From: Hormiphora californensis
Taxonomy: Eukaryota; Animalia; Ctenophora
Assembly (NCBI GenBank): GCA_020137815.1
Contig: CM035361.1
Coordinates: 3,410,001-3,474,000 of the forward strand
Direction: 5' to 3'
Length of the DNA stretch: 64,000 nt
Positions 62,059-64,000 of this stretch are shown in pieces. Every line of letters begins with the position of its first letter. Position 1 is the first letter of the stretch. Made by a program: the position numbers and the translations under genes. The notes below the pieces were generated by a model, which was not told where the DNA came from, did no database searches, and saw only the letters and a list, made by a program, of their open reading frames with translations.

Positions 62059-62511
62059 CTAGATCCAAAAACCAAACAAGTTTGGTGGATAGCCGGGGCC
62101 GCAGAAATTAAAAAACGTGCGAAAGTTTTGATACATGAACTTTCGGGGCCTGGGGTGCTGTTAAATTCGCGTTTCCATGATTAATATAACCAATAACATT
62201 TTCAAACTATACGCCAGGAAAACTAGTGCAATGATCAAACCATTAATTTATTCCACATTATCACATGTCACATCCACACATGTCACATATATTTACTGTG
62301 CAGTGTGCACAGTGGGTCGTTTCAGAGTCTGTTTTACAGAATAATATTATTATGATAATAATAGTGTGTTTTGAAAGAACGGCTAACTATAATGGAAACG
62401 CGAATTTAACAGCACCCCAGGCCCCGAAAGTTCATGTATCAAAACTTTCGCACGTTTTTTAATTTCTGCGGCCCCGGCTATCCACCAAACTTGTTTGGTT
62501 TTTGGATCTAG
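62059..62511. mobile_element. Young TA-flanked MITE with TIRs of about 120 bp
   Basis: TA|CTAGATCCAAAAACC...CGCGTTTCCAT / ATGGAAACGCG...GGTTTTTGGATCTAG|TA; arms appear perfect. Confidence 0.88.
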
Positions 62512-62629
62512 TATCAGGCATTTTGTTATACTATGACATGCTGCATGCATTTTGTAATACTAGCTTAATTTAATAAACGCGGATTGAGGATTCACGGACT
62601 TTTTAAATCGTAGGTACTAGGTAGCCTCA

Positions 62630-63850
62630 TAATAATCGCAGATATCCAATCTCGGATATCAATCGCGAATAACTAATATCATAGTAATCGCAGACAACCA
62701 ATCGCGGATAACTTATCAGTTATCAATCCGTTATAAGTTATCGCGATTAGTTATTGCGATTAGCTATCACGATTAGCTATCGCGATTAGATATTCGCGAT
62801 TGGTTACTATTATATTACTTATTTCGCGATAAGTTATCGTGGTTAGTTATCCGCAATTGGTTCTCCGCGATTGGTTCTCCGCGATTAATCTATGATTTTG
62901 ATTATTAGTCACGGATAATGATCACGGATAAGCATTAATAATCAGATATATCTGATAAAATCAGGTTCTAGATGCTAATTCGCTCTTTTCTCGGTGGTTT
63001 TTAAAATCGTCTTATATTTAAGACAGTCATACCTCTAGATATGACTACCAATTACAACTGAAAATGCGGCAGTAAGGCTAGCTTTATAAATTAAATCTGA
63101 TTCAATGTTAATTTAGACTCTGAATCGCTTCTTTGTAGGTGTTTTTAAAATCGTCTTAAATTTAAGACAGTCATAAATATAGATATGACTACCAATTATA
63201 TCTGAAAATACAGCAGTTAACCCACGTTTGAAAAACATGTATGATAAAATCATGATTTATAGTTTAATTTGCTCTTTTCTAAGTTTTTTTGAAAATCGTC
63301 TTAAATCTTAATACAGTCAGATGCCCATAACTGACGAACCGCAACTCGGATTTGCTTGAAATTTTGAACGTGTGTTCAAGATGTCAAGGCAACACCACGT
63401 ACCAAGCGGCGTATTTGTAGAACGACGGGAAGGCTGTCTTAAACCCCAAAGAAAACTTAAGACAGTCATAACTTTTGTTATGACTGTCCGTTTTCTCTGT
63501 CCAAGCTTTAATACAAGGTACACCACGAGATCTACCGACTCCCAAAGTTTCATGGTGATATATCACCATGAAACTTTGGGAGTCGGTAGATCTCGTGGTG
63601 TACCTTGTATTAAAGCTATAGCTTTAAAACTGTGGCCTCTATTGTTTACGCAAAAAGGTTGTACAATCAAGGTCGTTCGTGACCCTAAAACGGACATTTT
63701 GTCTAAAATACGACCCTCTGTAACGTAAAAACCGTAACTCCGATTTGTATGAAATTTTGAACGTGTGCTCTAGGTGTCAAGGCAACACGAACTACCAAGC
63801 GGCAAGTTCGTAGGACAACGGGAAGGTTGTCTAAAATAAAGTTGAAATTG
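62630..63850. repeat. Complex repeat region: ATCGCGATT-type arrays, ~135-bp tandem units and a duplicated segment
   Basis: AAAATCGTCTTA..TT(T)AA(G/T)ACAGTCA three times at about 63003, 63147 and 63292; 63343-63440 resembles 63737-63833. Confidence 0.6.
63504..63617. repeat. Perfect 114-bp zero-spacer palindrome
   Basis: Centre ...CATGGTGATA|TATCACCATG... at 63560/63561; 57-bp arms with no mismatch seen. Confidence 0.9.
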
Positions 63851-64000
63851 CCGATTTCAGACAATAAGTATAGTAGCGCTGTCAAAATTTTCAAAAATTT
63901 TCAAAAAATTCAAAAAAATTTTTTTTTCGCAATTTCGATTTTCTTTTTACTGGGAGGAAAGATGCTTGTTAGAGGGACAATTTGGGGGAAATGATGGTTG

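Overview
This is animal (invertebrate) genomic DNA, rich in repeats and with GT-AG introns. I assembled four host loci by hand with consistent reading frames: a Ser/Tyr-rich gene lacking its 5' end (10873-19051 +), an intronless MATH-BTB gene (20129-21838 -), a 10-exon RILP/RILPL-like gene with RH1 and RH2 domains (26592-33058 +), and a RIN-like VPS9+RA Rab5-GEF gene (40425-44476 +). There are also two tandem C2H2 zinc-finger paralogues, each interrupted within a coding exon by a transposon. Mobile DNA includes a complete, very young Gypsy (Mag-like) LTR element (53599-58218), a decayed sibling of it, CR1-like and RTE-like LINE remnants, and many non-autonomous DNA elements. The most notable observation is that gag and pol of the Gypsy element are out of frame, and the junction reads as a host-sized spliceosomal intron: a GTAAGA donor followed by four in-register AATCTCAG acceptors. 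Removing it would fuse Gag to Pol. The gag ATG also overlaps the tRNA-Ser primer-binding site. Other highlights are tandemly amplified splice signals (including a ~2.2-kb minisatellite built of branch point + pyrimidine tract + CAG units), two Mutator-like elements that each carry a tRNA-derived Pol III cassette, and 40-83 bp micro-transposons. All calls were made by eye with no database search.
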